From: a virus
Lineage: Duplodnaviria > Caudoviricetes
DNA: 62,222 nucleotides
Virus record (IMG/VR): IMGVR_UViG_3300025490_000001
Location: 1-62,222 of that record
Direction: 5' to 3' (one strand)
The translations under genes and the position numbers were made by a program. The notes below the pieces were generated by a model that ran no database searches, was not told the DNA's origin, and saw only the letters and a program-made list of their open reading frames with translations. Of this stretch, positions 19,399-28,408 are shown in pieces; position 1 is the first letter of the stretch, and each line of letters starts with the position of its first letter.

Positions 19399-20457
19399 TC
19401 AGGCTTGCAGCTCAGCCCAGCGCCGGTGCACATCCTCTGGCCGGATGTGGGTGTAGCGCTTGAGCTGCGCCCAATTCGAGTGCCCCGAGACTTGGGCGAC
19501 TTCCTCGATTTTCAGCCCGGCCCAAAAAAGCTGCGTGATACCCGTGTGGCGCAGATCGTGGAAGCGCAAGTCTGCGATCTTGGGCAGCCCGGTGGCTGCG
19601 ATCCGATCGCGGGCACGCTCAAACGCCGCCAACATCGAGTCGGTTTCGTAAGGGAAAATGCGCCCATCGAGCTTCGGGATTTGCTCAAGCAGCGCGAACG
19701 CCGGGCCTAGCAGCGGCACAGTCTGATCGTTGCCGATTTTTTTGCTCGGGTGCTTCACATCGCGGATAATGACCGTCTTGCGCTTGAAGTCCACGTCGGC
19801 CCAGCGCATGCGCGTCAGCTCGCCGGCGCGGCGCGGTAGGGCAAGGGCCATTTTGTAAACCGGCACCATGTCGATGGTGGTTTGGTGATGGCGGTTGCGG
19901 CGGACAAACTCTGCCAGCAGCGCGGCTTCTTCCTCGTCATCGACCAGGCGCACCACGACGCGGGATTTGCCAATCGCGCCCGCTCCCTTGAGGCGCTTGA
20001 TGGCCAAGTCAACCGGCGCAGGGTCTGCCGCGATGCCGTGCGCGTAGGGTGCCGCGTGCACGGCAGCCGACAGCGGCGAAAGGTTGGCCATGATCGTGGC
20101 CGGTCCTGCCCCCTCTGCCTTGCGGCGCAGTACAAAATCGGTGACGTGCTTGGCCGTGAGCTCGTGCAGCATGACCTTGGCAAACGCTTGGGCAGTGGTT
20201 TCGTGGTTGTGGATCGTGGATCGGCCCAAGGGGCGCAGCTGCTGCTGGTATTCGAGGTGCAGCAAGATCAACTCGCCCACGGTCAATGAGCGCGCCGGCG
20301 CACCTTGGGCGCGCACCTTGGCATCGAGGCGCTCAGCCCAAGATCGCGCCATGGCTTCGCTGGGGAAAGTCTTGGATTCGCTGACTACAATGACGCCTGC
20401 TTTTTTGATGCGGACTTGGGCAAAGTACACGTCGCCGCGCTTTTGGATGGATGGCAT
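19399..20457 (-). CDS. int: Tyrosine integrase (dusA-associated)
   Basis: RAGEL, K, FHDLRH, SGHSNW..LKRY catalytic motifs; divergent from a dusA 5' fragment; start re-called at 20457 (AAGGAG RBS). Confidence 0.92.
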   Translation of the reverse strand: MPSIQKRGDVYFAQVRIKKAGVIVVSESKTFPSEAMARSWAERLDAKVRAQGAPARSLTVGELILLHLEYQQQLRPLGRSTIHNHETTAQAFAKVMLHELTAKHVTDFVLRRKAEGAGPATIMANLSPLSAAVHAAPYAHGIAADPAPVDLAIKRLKGAGAIGKSRVVVRLVDDEEEAALLAEFVRRNRHHQTTIDMVPVYKMALALPRRAGELTRMRWADVDFKRKTVIIRDVKHPSKKIGNDQTVPLLGPAFALLEQIPKLDGRIFPYETDSMLAAFERARDRIAATGLPKIADLRFHDLRHTGITQLFWAGLKIEEVAQVSGHSNWAQLKRYTHIRPEDVHRRWAELQA

Positions 20458-20474
20458 GGTGGGCTCCTTGTGCT

Positions 20475-20765
20475 TGATGCACCGGGCGCTGGCCGGGCGG
20501 TGCATCAGGGGCCGTATGATGCACCAATTGATGCACCAGCAACCAAGAAACCCACGGAAATGCACCAGAATACCCGTCTACCAAGCCACAGAGCATGAGG
20601 CACCGAGTTGACGAACGCCTCACCAAATCAACAACTTGCAGCAAAATCAAGCCCTTGGCGGGTGTGCGTGGCCCCGATGCTCGACTGGACGCAGCCACTT
20701 CTAAGGGCTTGTCACTGAAGCGAAAAAGGCCGCTGGTGCGGCCTTGATGCACTGGGCGGTGCATA
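20475..20765. other. attP region of phage A with integrase arm-type repeats TGATGCAC(C)
   Basis: Repeats at 20475, 20499 (inverted), 20517, 20529, 20559 (partial), 20745, 20758 (inverted), flanking the dusA core on both sides. Confidence 0.75.
20608..20718 (+). pseudogene. dusA: Phage-borne replacement 5' end of dusA (att core about 20668-20691)
   Basis: Translates MTNASPNQQLAAKSSPWRVCVAPMLDWT then diverges and stops; VAPMLDWT is the DusA N-terminal motif. Confidence 0.8.
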
Positions 20766-21029
20766 CGCATGGGGCGGCGGCTGGCGCCGGTGCTTCACTT
20801 CCTCTCCAGCAGGTTGGCCAGCTTCTGCCTTTACTTCGATGCAGGCCGCGAGCTGGGTGTGGTAGCGGCCTTTGGCGGCGCTCGGGTGTACGTGGGCAAG
20901 CGCGCCGCCACCCGCAACGCCGCCATCCGCCGCGACTACCGCGCCGGCGCAATACCCGGCCACCAGCGATGCGATGGCGTCGGTTCTGACCGGCGCGAAG
21001 AACTCACCGGGGATTTCGAGGTCGGTCAT
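20712..21029 (-). pseudogene. Chimeric remnant: truncated phage gene N-terminus, inverted mor fragment, possible xis-like tail
   Basis: MTDLEIPGEFFAPVRTDAIASLVAGY (recalled as DUF4942-protein-like) joined to an antisense copy of 3054-3144. Confidence 0.45.
20871..20949 (+). repeat. Dispersed copy of mor-like gene segment 3054-3144 with 12-bp deletion
   Basis: Identical sequence apart from loss of 12 bp between gcgccg direct repeats. Confidence 0.9.
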
Positions 21030-21643
21030 GCCGCACCCCTGCACGGCATCAGCGCGCCCCATCCGCCGTCGAACCGGTAGACGGCCGTCCCTAGCCCTTC
21101 GACCGACAAGCCGATCATGCAGCCGGGCAGGTCGGCCAGCATGGCCAGGTAGCGGCGCTGGAAGTGGGTGCCGCCCACGAAAACAGCCTGGAAGTCTTCG
21201 CCGGTGCCGTCGCAGCGATCGCATGTGTATTTTTTGGCACCATCTGACGCGGCGCCGGTTTTAATGGAGCCTTCGCCATCGCATTCCTTGCAGAGGTAGG
21301 TGTGCTGGCCGTGGTCAAACTCGCCGTCGCCGTCGCAGTCTTCGCAGTCCACTTGGCAGCCGTAGCCTTTGCCACCGCAATAGATGCAGAACACTTTCGG
21401 CGGCAGCGCGATAGCGGTCACGTCAACCCACCGGCGCTCGTCTTCACCCATGAGACCGTGGTGAAACTTCGCCACTTTGGCGGCAATGGTGTCCTTGGTG
21501 GAGTCGCACTCACGACCATCGTCAGGCACGCAGATCAGGATTTTGCCGTTGGTGGCCACGATGCCCTCGGCGCAGCGCGTGGGCTTGCGGATGTGCGGGC
21601 GCGGATCAGTGTCGGTGGCGCAGAATTTTTGCAGGTCGATCAT
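21026..21643 (-). CDS. Phage protein with DnaJ-like CxxCxGxG zinc-finger repeats
   Basis: CIYCGGKG, CEDCDGDG, CKECDGEG, CDRCDGTG; start re-called at 21643. Confidence 0.7.
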   Translation of the reverse strand: MIDLQKFCATDTDPRPHIRKPTRCAEGIVATNGKILICVPDDGRECDSTKDTIAAKVAKFHHGLMGEDERRWVDVTAIALPPKVFCIYCGGKGYGCQVDCEDCDGDGEFDHGQHTYLCKECDGEGSIKTGAASDGAKKYTCDRCDGTGEDFQAVFVGGTHFQRRYLAMLADLPGCMIGLSVEGLGTAVYRFDGGWGALMPCRGAA

Positions 21644-21894
21644 ACCTGACTCCTTTCCCACAGTGCCTTGGCCTCGGCCTCGGTCTTGTCGATCCATGCG
21701 CCCAGCGCTTCGGCGCTTACCATCATGGGTGCTTTGCGGCTGCTGGTCAGCCGGAAGGCGGGCACCGGCAGCTCGTTGCGCGCGGCTTTTTTCAGCGCCT
21801 CCTCGTAGGACAGCGCGAAATACTTTGCGCACACATCGGCCAGCGGGATTGCTGGCGACTTGTAGATGGACAGCAGGGCCAGGGATGTGATCAT
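21640..21894 (-). CDS. prtN: PrtN-family HTH protein (excisionase-like)
   Basis: IPLADVCAKYF..LPVPAFR..SRKAP..LGAWID. Confidence 0.7.
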   Translation of the reverse strand: MITSLALLSIYKSPAIPLADVCAKYFALSYEEALKKAARNELPVPAFRLTSSRKAPMMVSAEALGAWIDKTEAEAKALWERSQV

Positions 21895-22001
21895 GGTCGT
21901 GCCTCAGAACTTCTTGCCGCCTTCGGCGGTGCGGTTTTCGATCTTGTGGTCTGCGCGCCGGGCATTGAAGGCCAGCTTCTCAGCGATCGCGCCGGCCAGG
22001 T
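21751..22001 (+). repeat. Direct repeat copy 1 (matches 61972-62222)
   Basis: 21751-21874 has 13 mismatches in 124 bp; 21875-22001 is 127/127 identical to the window end; offset 40,221. Confidence 0.95.
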
Positions 22002-22638
22002 CCAGCTGCAGGCCGCCGGCCATGTCGAAGCAGCGGATTACGGCGTCGGCCAGCTCCACTTCCAGCATGGGCCGATGCGGCAGCTTGTCGTCCATCAGGC
22101 CCTTGCGCGCGCCTTCCATGGCCTCGCTCACTTCGCTGTGCACCAGACAAAGCAGCTCACCGATGTTTCGCGGTGGCAGCAGGCCGGGCGTCTTCATGTA
22201 GGCGTACTCGCCCACCAAGCTCTTGCCGTTCAGGATGTTGGTCCACCAGCCGCTGGCCTTGGCCAGGCCGTGGCACTGGCGCTGCACAACACCGGCGGCA
22301 AGCCGGACTTGTTCGGGGTTGAGTGTGAATTGTTCGTCTTGCATGTTCAGGCGGCCATCAGGCCGATAAATGGGTTGTTCGATTCGCGCCATGTGCGGTG
22401 CTTGCGGATGTGGTTGACCGCGGAGAAGTTCAGGCCCAGCTTGCGCGGATGTGTGGGCTTTAGGCCTGATGCCCGCCAAGCGCATCCGGGTAAACCAGCG
22501 CCCGACAATGGGCTTGCCGGCCGCGTTGCGCACGTATTCCCAGCCGTTTTTTTCCAGCCAATCGCACTGGTGGGCCGTGTGGGAGTAGCCCGTCAGTTCG
22601 GCAAGCTCATCGGGCGATAGCAGCTCGGTGCTTTGCAT
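21904..22638 (-). CDS. DUF4224-like HTH fused in frame to MazG-like NTP pyrophosphohydrolase
   Basis: N-terminal LSPDELAELTGY..QCDWL..GKPIV; C-terminal LVHSEVSEAMEG..EVELADAVIR. Confidence 0.7.
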   Translation of the reverse strand: MQSTELLSPDELAELTGYSHTAHQCDWLEKNGWEYVRNAAGKPIVGRWFTRMRLAGIRPKAHTSAQAGPELLRGQPHPQAPHMARIEQPIYRPDGRLNMQDEQFTLNPEQVRLAAGVVQRQCHGLAKASGWWTNILNGKSLVGEYAYMKTPGLLPPRNIGELLCLVHSEVSEAMEGARKGLMDDKLPHRPMLEVELADAVIRCFDMAGGLQLDLAGAIAEKLAFNARRADHKIENRTAEGGKKF

Positions 22639-22639
22639 T

Positions 22640-23140
22640 TCATGGCTCCAGCGCCGGGCTGGCGGGTTGCAGCACCTGCCCGCGATTCATGCGCGTCATC
22701 ACCTCGAGCAGCGCATCACGCATCTGCACCGGGGCGCTCAGGTCGATGAGCTGCTCGTGCAGGTCGATGATCGGCAACAAGTCGGTCATGGCCTGGTAGT
22801 CCAGACCCAAGCGACCGGTGCGCTGGCCGCGCTCTTTGATGCGCATCAGGGCATCTTGCGCGTCGATCACGCGGGCCACCAGTTCCGGCGCGATCTGCTC
22901 GGCACGAATCAGGCAGGTGTTGACCACTACCGCCAGCGTATCGAAGTCGCCCGCGTCGCCTTTGCCGGTGCGCAGCGCTTCGTAGGCCATGCGAACGGGC
23001 AAGCAAAGCTGCGTTTTTTCGTCGGACGTGAATGGCTGCACGCCGCCGATTGCGCGCAGGTAGGCAAACGGATCAGCCCGGCCACGGCCCGGCTTGGCCT
23101 TGGTTGCTTTGGCTGCTTGGCGGCGCTGGGCGCGGTTCAA
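22640..23140 (-). CDS. Phage hypothetical protein (paralogue of 23352-23843)
   Basis: Coupled ORF in leftward operon; similar helical core. Confidence 0.6.
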   Translation of the reverse strand: MNRAQRRQAAKATKAKPGRGRADPFAYLRAIGGVQPFTSDEKTQLCLPVRMAYEALRTGKGDAGDFDTLAVVVNTCLIRAEQIAPELVARVIDAQDALMRIKERGQRTGRLGLDYQAMTDLLPIIDLHEQLIDLSAPVQMRDALLEVMTRMNRGQVLQPASPALEP

Positions 23141-23355
23141 AGCAGCGCTCCTTTGGCTTTGGGTTCAATCACGCCTTGGATGGCGTGCAGCAGCGCATAA
23201 AGCTCCTCGCCCTCTGTGTCGCTTTTCGGCGCCACGGTGCAGAGCACTTCGGCGCACTGGCCCAGCAGGCCCCGCATCACCCGCGCTTCGCCTTGCAGGC
23301 GCTGGAGTTCGTCGGCTGGCGTGGGTTTCTGGCTGAGTAGGATGCGAATTTTCAT
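23137..23355 (-). CDS. Hypothetical protein
   Basis: Overlapping start/stop coupling in operon. Confidence 0.55.
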   Translation of the reverse strand: MKIRILLSQKPTPADELQRLQGEARVMRGLLGQCAEVLCTVAPKSDTEGEELYALLHAIQGVIEPKAKGALL

Positions 23356-23843
23356 AAGTCCATTACCTCCACGTCATGCGGCAAGCGCTTGCCCGCCAAA
23401 ATAGATGCGATCCGCGCCTCAGTCAGCCGGTGGCAGCGGATCATGGTGCGCGCTGGCAGCTGGGCAATGGCCGCAGCGTAATCCTCCAGCACAGCCCGCA
23501 CTGCCAAAATACCCTGCGCATCGAGCCGGATATGCCCGCCCGCCCGGTGGCGCTTGCCCGCCTTGGCCAGCGCCGCCACAGCGTCGGCCAGCAGCCCGTG
23601 CCGGTCGTCGGCGGCCCGCATTTCCAGCACAAGGGTTTCCATCAGGTTGATGGCGTCCGAGCACACGCGCCAGTCGTCTGTGCACGGTGCTGCCGCCGTC
23701 TCGAGCGCGGCCAGACCCAGCCACATCTTGGTAAGCTGGTGCATTTGGTGCGCCGCCGGCAGCGGCTCGGTGGGGCTGGCCAGCAGCTCGTGCAGCAGCG
23801 TGTAGTGGCGGCGCACGGTCGGGCGTTTTTTGGGGCGCTTCAT
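23352..23843 (-). CDS. Phage hypothetical protein
   Basis: Coupled ORF; start re-called at 23843. Confidence 0.6.
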   Translation of the reverse strand: MKRPKKRPTVRRHYTLLHELLASPTEPLPAAHQMHQLTKMWLGLAALETAAAPCTDDWRVCSDAINLMETLVLEMRAADDRHGLLADAVAALAKAGKRHRAGGHIRLDAQGILAVRAVLEDYAAAIAQLPARTMIRCHRLTEARIASILAGKRLPHDVEVMDL

Positions 23844-24082
23844 TGCTTGCCCTCCATCTTTTCGATGAGCTGCAACACGCGGTCGCAATTGACCGTGACA
23901 GTCAAGCGCAGCGCTGTAATAGTGCGCAACAACTGCTGGGTGCGCTCGCGCTCCTCGGCCAGCAGCCGTTCGAGTTCGATCACGCGATCAATCCCGTCGC
24001 GCTCTTGGCGCAGCGCGGCCATGCGGGTTGCGTTTTTGCCCATGGCTGTGCCCTGTGGGGTGATGCGTTTGTGTTGGCTCAT
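23840..24082 (-). CDS. Hypothetical coiled-coil protein
   Basis: Coupled ORF, GGAGGT RBS. Confidence 0.5.
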   Translation of the reverse strand: MSQHKRITPQGTAMGKNATRMAALRQERDGIDRVIELERLLAEERERTQQLLRTITALRLTVTVNCDRVLQLIEKMEGKQ

Positions 24083-24273
24083 ACCTCACCTCCATTCTTT
24101 TCGCTGCTACCGATCAGGTAGCCGATCCCAGCGGGAAACAGGCACATCAAAGCCATTACAAATGGTAGCGACCAAGAATAGGTGCCGCTAAAGTCGTTGC
24201 CGACGTTGTGAATTGCGTGAACAACCCACCCAGTTGTCCATGCTGCCAAAATCACGGCCCAGTACATTCTCAT
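24079..24273 (-). CDS. Small 2-TM membrane protein
   Basis: Two hydrophobic segments; lower GC than neighbours. Confidence 0.55.
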   Translation of the reverse strand: MRMYWAVILAAWTTGWVVHAIHNVGNDFSGTYSWSLPFVMALMCLFPAGIGYLIGSSEKNGGEV

Positions 24274-24749
24274 ACCCCACCCCCGTAGCGCTCCCTCGAT
24301 ATGGTCGCCGCCGCCTTGTGCCCCTTGAGCGGCTCTAGGCGGTCGCCGTAGCGGCTAGGCAGCCGGTAGGCATCCTGCCCCCCGGGGCGCGCAAGCGTGG
24401 CCGGATGCGGCTCAGATTGGTACGTGCCCCGTGCGGCCACGGCGGGCGTCGGCGTCATGGCGCCGTTGGGCGCTCTGCCCCAGCGCCAAACCTCGCGCTG
24501 GTCGTCCTTGGCCTTGTGCGCCAGCTGGCCCGCCGCCAGCTCGGCCAGACCCCGCTTCACCACATTGGCCGGGTAGCCCGTAGCCGCACCGATCTCATCG
24601 GCGGTAAGCTGGCGCGCCTTGAGCAGCGTGTATTCGATGGCGTTGGCTGTTCGGTTCATTGGCTTCCTGTCGGTGTGGCGGTCGTCACGCGCCGCGCAGC
24701 CCGGCCCCTGATTGCAGCCATGGTTGGCGCAAAACGCATCGCAAGCCAT
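24270..24749 (-). CDS. Hypothetical protein with Cys-rich N-terminus and winged-helix-like core
   Basis: CANHGCNQGPGC; LTADEIGAATGYPANVVKRGL. Confidence 0.5.
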   Translation of the reverse strand: MACDAFCANHGCNQGPGCAARDDRHTDRKPMNRTANAIEYTLLKARQLTADEIGAATGYPANVVKRGLAELAAGQLAHKAKDDQREVWRWGRAPNGAMTPTPAVAARGTYQSEPHPATLARPGGQDAYRLPSRYGDRLEPLKGHKAAATISRERYGGGV

Positions 24750-25024
24750 CACGCGCCCCTCCCCACTTTCGGCGGCCAAGCGCCGCTGTTCACCGTCACG
24801 CCCGGCGCGGCGCTGGGCGCTTTCAGCCCGTCGATAAAATTGGACACATCCTGCCCGGTGGCTTTCAGGTAATCCACCTCGACCCTTGCGGTATCCACCA
24901 GCACCCCGGCCACTTGGGCCACGGCGCGGGCGCGGTCGGGTTCCATCGGCGTGTCGGTGCGGCGCAGATCGGCCAGCGTGTCCAGCAGGTGCTGCCGCAA
25001 TTGGTTCATGTGTGGTGCGCTCAT
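24749..25024 (-). CDS. Conserved phage hypothetical protein
   Basis: LRQHLLDTL..RARAV..LVDTARVEVDY; start re-called at 25024. Confidence 0.6.
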   Translation of the reverse strand: MSAPHMNQLRQHLLDTLADLRRTDTPMEPDRARAVAQVAGVLVDTARVEVDYLKATGQDVSNFIDGLKAPSAAPGVTVNSGAWPPKVGRGA

Positions 25025-25683
25025 GCTGCGGCCCCTTTTCCCAAGATGCGCCGCACTTGGCGGTTGATCGTCCCCTTGAGCTGGATCAGCCGCGCCACCT
25101 CGACCGGGTACTTGCTCCAGCTGCTGTTGAGCCGCATGTTTTCCTGCTGGGTCACGCACATCAGCCGGTCTGGCGTGATCTCCTCGAGCGCCACCGTGGC
25201 CATGCCATCCCGGAAGCGCACAACCATGCCCGGCGGAATCGGGCCGTGCGCCGCCTCCCAAACCTCGCGGTGCACGCCGCGCCAGCGTTGCGCCGGCACC
25301 AGGTTCTGGTCGTCGGTGTACTTGCGCTCCAGCCGCCCATCGGCCCCAATGCGCAGCGTGCCAATCGGCACATAGCGCGCGTACTCATGCGCCGCCCGGC
25401 CCGGCTTAAAGCGCGTCTCGGCGCTGCGCCCGCCCGCCTGCCAGCCCTTCAGGCCTTTGTTCTTTGGCACGCTGCCTGCTTGGAAGCGCGTCGGGCTGGC
25501 CGCCATAAACTCAGCCGACTTTTTCAGGCCCAGCTTTGTCGCCCGCCCGCTGATAGCCGGGGCCGTGCGCCCCATCAGGCCCGCCAGCGCGTTGTTCGGC
25601 GTGCTCGGGTACATGGCCACCAGCGTGGCATCGTCAAAATCCGACCATGGCCGATGATCCGGCCTCGAAGGCAGGCGCTTCAT
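25021..25683 (-). CDS. HNH endonuclease-family protein
   Basis: VHREVWEAAHGPIPPGMVVRFRDG..LMCVT..EN; start re-called at 25683. Confidence 0.75.
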   Translation of the reverse strand: MKRLPSRPDHRPWSDFDDATLVAMYPSTPNNALAGLMGRTAPAISGRATKLGLKKSAEFMAASPTRFQAGSVPKNKGLKGWQAGGRSAETRFKPGRAAHEYARYVPIGTLRIGADGRLERKYTDDQNLVPAQRWRGVHREVWEAAHGPIPPGMVVRFRDGMATVALEEITPDRLMCVTQQENMRLNSSWSKYPVEVARLIQLKGTINRQVRRILGKGAAA

Positions 25684-27521
25684 TTGGTGGCCCCTTCGGC
25701 GGTGTTGATCTCGATCAGCTTGTCGATGTAATGCCGCGCCAGCGCCAGCGCGTGCTCGCTGATGGCACGGCAAATGGCCGGGAAGTCGCAGGCGCGGTAC
25801 AGGCGTGCGGCTTTGTCCATGGCCACAGGCTCAAAACCGAGTTGCGTCAGCCCGGCAACGGTGATGGACACGGGAGCCAAGCGGGCATTGATGGCGCCAA
25901 GGGTCAGGCGTTCGCCGTCATCGGCAGGGCCGGGCGTGGTGGGCGCGGCGACAACGGGCGCAGGCGGGGCTTTGGGCGGCGTGTAGGCGGCTGCGGCTTC
26001 TGCTGCTTGGGTGGCGATGCGCTCGCGTGCGCGCTGGGCTTCGGCCTGGGCAATCTCAGCATCAATCCGCGCCCGTTCGGCGGCGGCGGCTGCGCGGGCC
26101 TCGGCCTCGGCTTGCGCGATGATGCGGGCCCGATCGCGCTGGGCTTCGGCCTCGGCCCGTGCCTTGGCCTGGGCGGCTTCGCGCTCCAGCCGCGCCGCTT
26201 CCTCTGCCCGGATGCGCTCGCGCTGGGCCTCTTGCTTGGCTTTTTCTGCCGCTTGCCGCTGGGCGATGATGGCGGCCAGATCGTCGGGGGCTTTGAGCAC
26301 TAGGGCGGCGTCGTCGAAAAACTCCAAGCCAGATGCTGCCAGAGTCTTGACGTTGGCCATGATCCGCGTGGCCACTTCGTTTGCCGCAATCTTGGCGCGG
26401 GCCAACTCGGTATCGACGGCATTTCTGAAGCTGTCGATGGTTTTGAGGCCCGATGCTGCGCCGGCAAAATCGGCTGGGATTTGCGGCATGTAGTCGCCGG
26501 GCATGGCGGCGTTCAACTCGCGCAGGTGCTTGGCAAATGCCTGCTTGCCGGCCTCGATGATTTCGGCCTTGATCGCGGCTTTGCGTGCAGTCACGAGCTT
26601 TTCGCGGTGCAGGCGTGTGGTGCGGGCCAGCGCCTTGAGCTCGGCCACCAAGCGGCGCATGGTTTCCACGTCGGCCATTTGGGCCAGCGCGTTATCCTCG
26701 GCGGCATCAAGCCTTTCCTCGGCCTGTTTGAGCGCCTTGCAGGCTTTGTCGGTGTAGGCAAAATCTTCGTCGGTTGCCGGCACTTCGGGGATGCGGGCAA
26801 TGAACTCGCGCAGGGCGGCGCCCCATTCGGGCAGGTTGGAAAGCACGGCAAGCTGGCCGGATACCTGCACGCGCACGGCGGGCAGGGTTTCGACGGGCGC
26901 AGCCATGACGGGCTCGGGCTTGGCGCTGGGCACGTAGGTGGCCAGGTCGGCCTCCAGTTGCGCCCAGGCGGCCACGATGCGAGCGCGCAATGCTGCGTCA
27001 GGCGTGTACCAGCAGTGGCGTTCTTCCACCAGTTTATCGTCATTCCACTTGCTGGCCATGAACAGGATGCGCTCGCAGCCCGATACCATGGCCTGGTGCT
27101 CCATTTGAATCAGATAGTGCTCAGGCAGGAAGTTGTTTGCGTTCCCGCCTTGCTGGCGGATCGCTTCGCGCAGGCCCTCGTTGAGCGTCTTGTGTTCAAA
27201 CGCCACGTCCCCCAGCATGGTCAGGCCGTCAAAGCTGGCGGAGTAGCGGCCATTCACACCCGTGACCGGGTACAGATCTTCCCCGATGATTTCCTCAGCC
27301 AGCGGTCGGGCCAGGGCCTCAAAGCGGTGGCCATCATCAAACCGGCGTTGAGTTACCGGGTCCACCTCGGGGCTGATGCCGGTGTGCAGCCAGTGCAGCA
27401 ACTCGGTGCGGGTCATGTAGGGGCTGCACCCCATGGCGGCTGGCGCGTCGCTGGCGTTCCAGTGCTGGGCGCGGTGGGCGTGCCATTCAGGCGTTCCCTG
27501 GATGAGTTTGACGATTTTCAT
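25680..27521 (-). CDS. YqaJ / lambda-exonuclease-family protein with long coiled coil
   Basis: QGTPEW..ASDA, ASFDG..FEHK, YLIQMEHQ; start re-called at 27521. Confidence 0.88.
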   Translation of the reverse strand: MKIVKLIQGTPEWHAHRAQHWNASDAPAAMGCSPYMTRTELLHWLHTGISPEVDPVTQRRFDDGHRFEALARPLAEEIIGEDLYPVTGVNGRYSASFDGLTMLGDVAFEHKTLNEGLREAIRQQGGNANNFLPEHYLIQMEHQAMVSGCERILFMASKWNDDKLVEERHCWYTPDAALRARIVAAWAQLEADLATYVPSAKPEPVMAAPVETLPAVRVQVSGQLAVLSNLPEWGAALREFIARIPEVPATDEDFAYTDKACKALKQAEERLDAAEDNALAQMADVETMRRLVAELKALARTTRLHREKLVTARKAAIKAEIIEAGKQAFAKHLRELNAAMPGDYMPQIPADFAGAASGLKTIDSFRNAVDTELARAKIAANEVATRIMANVKTLAASGLEFFDDAALVLKAPDDLAAIIAQRQAAEKAKQEAQRERIRAEEAARLEREAAQAKARAEAEAQRDRARIIAQAEAEARAAAAAERARIDAEIAQAEAQRARERIATQAAEAAAAYTPPKAPPAPVVAAPTTPGPADDGERLTLGAINARLAPVSITVAGLTQLGFEPVAMDKAARLYRACDFPAICRAISEHALALARHYIDKLIEINTAEGATK

Positions 27522-27526
27522 GTGGT

Positions 27527-28408
27527 TTACTCCATGTCCTTGATGAATTGATCGACTTCCGATTCGGGCTCGCTGGCCGGCACGTCGATGACGCCAAGGC
27601 CGGCGATGATGCGGCGCTGTTCGTCGGACAGGCGGGCCTTGCTGGAGATCATGGCTTCGATGCTGGCTGGGGTTTGCTGGCCGCTTTCGACCAGTGCACG
27701 CCACTTGGGCAAGTTGGCTTCGAATCGGTCTTGTGGGTAGAGGCCGATTTCGGCGCGGGTGGGTTTGGGGGGGGGTGTGATCTCGCCGGTTGACTGGTCA
27801 ACTGCAAAATCATCGTTGATGGCTTTGCCGGCCATTTCGTCTGCGGTGGGTTCGCTGCCGATCTCGGGGAAGGCTTTGCGCAGCGCTTGGGCTTCGGCGC
27901 ATTTTGCGATTTGCCCATAGGGGCGCTTTGTCCACATGGCGTTCGGCGCAATGCTCTTTTCCTTGCCACCCTTGACCGCGTAGTTTTCCTTCCACAGCTC
28001 TTTTGCGGTGAAGTCAACCACTTCGCCCGTTGCCAATCGGCGCTTGACGGTGACGCGGCACCAAGCAGGGTAGGTGATGGTTTGGCCGCCAAGGTTTTCG
28101 GTCACGTCCGGGCCGAACTCGGGCTCTGTCACGCCAGCGCAACCCGTGCGGGCAGCTTGGGTGCGGTAGAGGCCGACGCCGGGCATTACCACGTCGCGCG
28201 TCTGCTGGGCTTTGGCGTCCCACATGGGCACGATGTGCACGGGCTTTTGCATCGGATCGAGGCCGGCGGCTTTGCAGTAGGCCAGCACCATCTTGATGCT
28301 GGCTGGCGCTGCGCCGGGGTACAGGCTGGACTGCAAAACCTGCATCAGATCGGCTTCGCTCATCTGCATGGACGGTAGGCCGGCATCGTGTTTGGTGATG
28401 TTGCTCAT
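27527..28408 (-). CDS. bet: Single-strand annealing recombinase (Bet/RecT family)
   Basis: CKAAGLDPMQKPVH, MWTKRPYGQIAKCAEAQALRKAFP; next to exonuclease. Confidence 0.9.
   Translation of the reverse strand: MSNITKHDAGLPSMQMSEADLMQVLQSSLYPGAAPASIKMVLAYCKAAGLDPMQKPVHIVPMWDAKAQQTRDVVMPGVGLYRTQAARTGCAGVTEPEFGPDVTENLGGQTITYPAWCRVTVKRRLATGEVVDFTAKELWKENYAVKGGKEKSIAPNAMWTKRPYGQIAKCAEAQALRKAFPEIGSEPTADEMAGKAINDDFAVDQSTGEITPPPKPTRAEIGLYPQDRFEANLPKWRALVESGQQTPASIEAMISSKARLSDEQRRIIAGLGVIDVPASEPESEVDQFIKDME

Larger units (their letters stand above)
1..21874. mobile_element. Phage A: partial lambda-like siphovirus (late genes, lysis, dusA-associated integrase, attP, distal early genes)
   Basis: Contiguous terS-terL(gpA)-portal-capsid-tail-lysis-int gene order; no host genes; right boundary set at start of segment shared with the window end. 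Confidence 0.85.
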
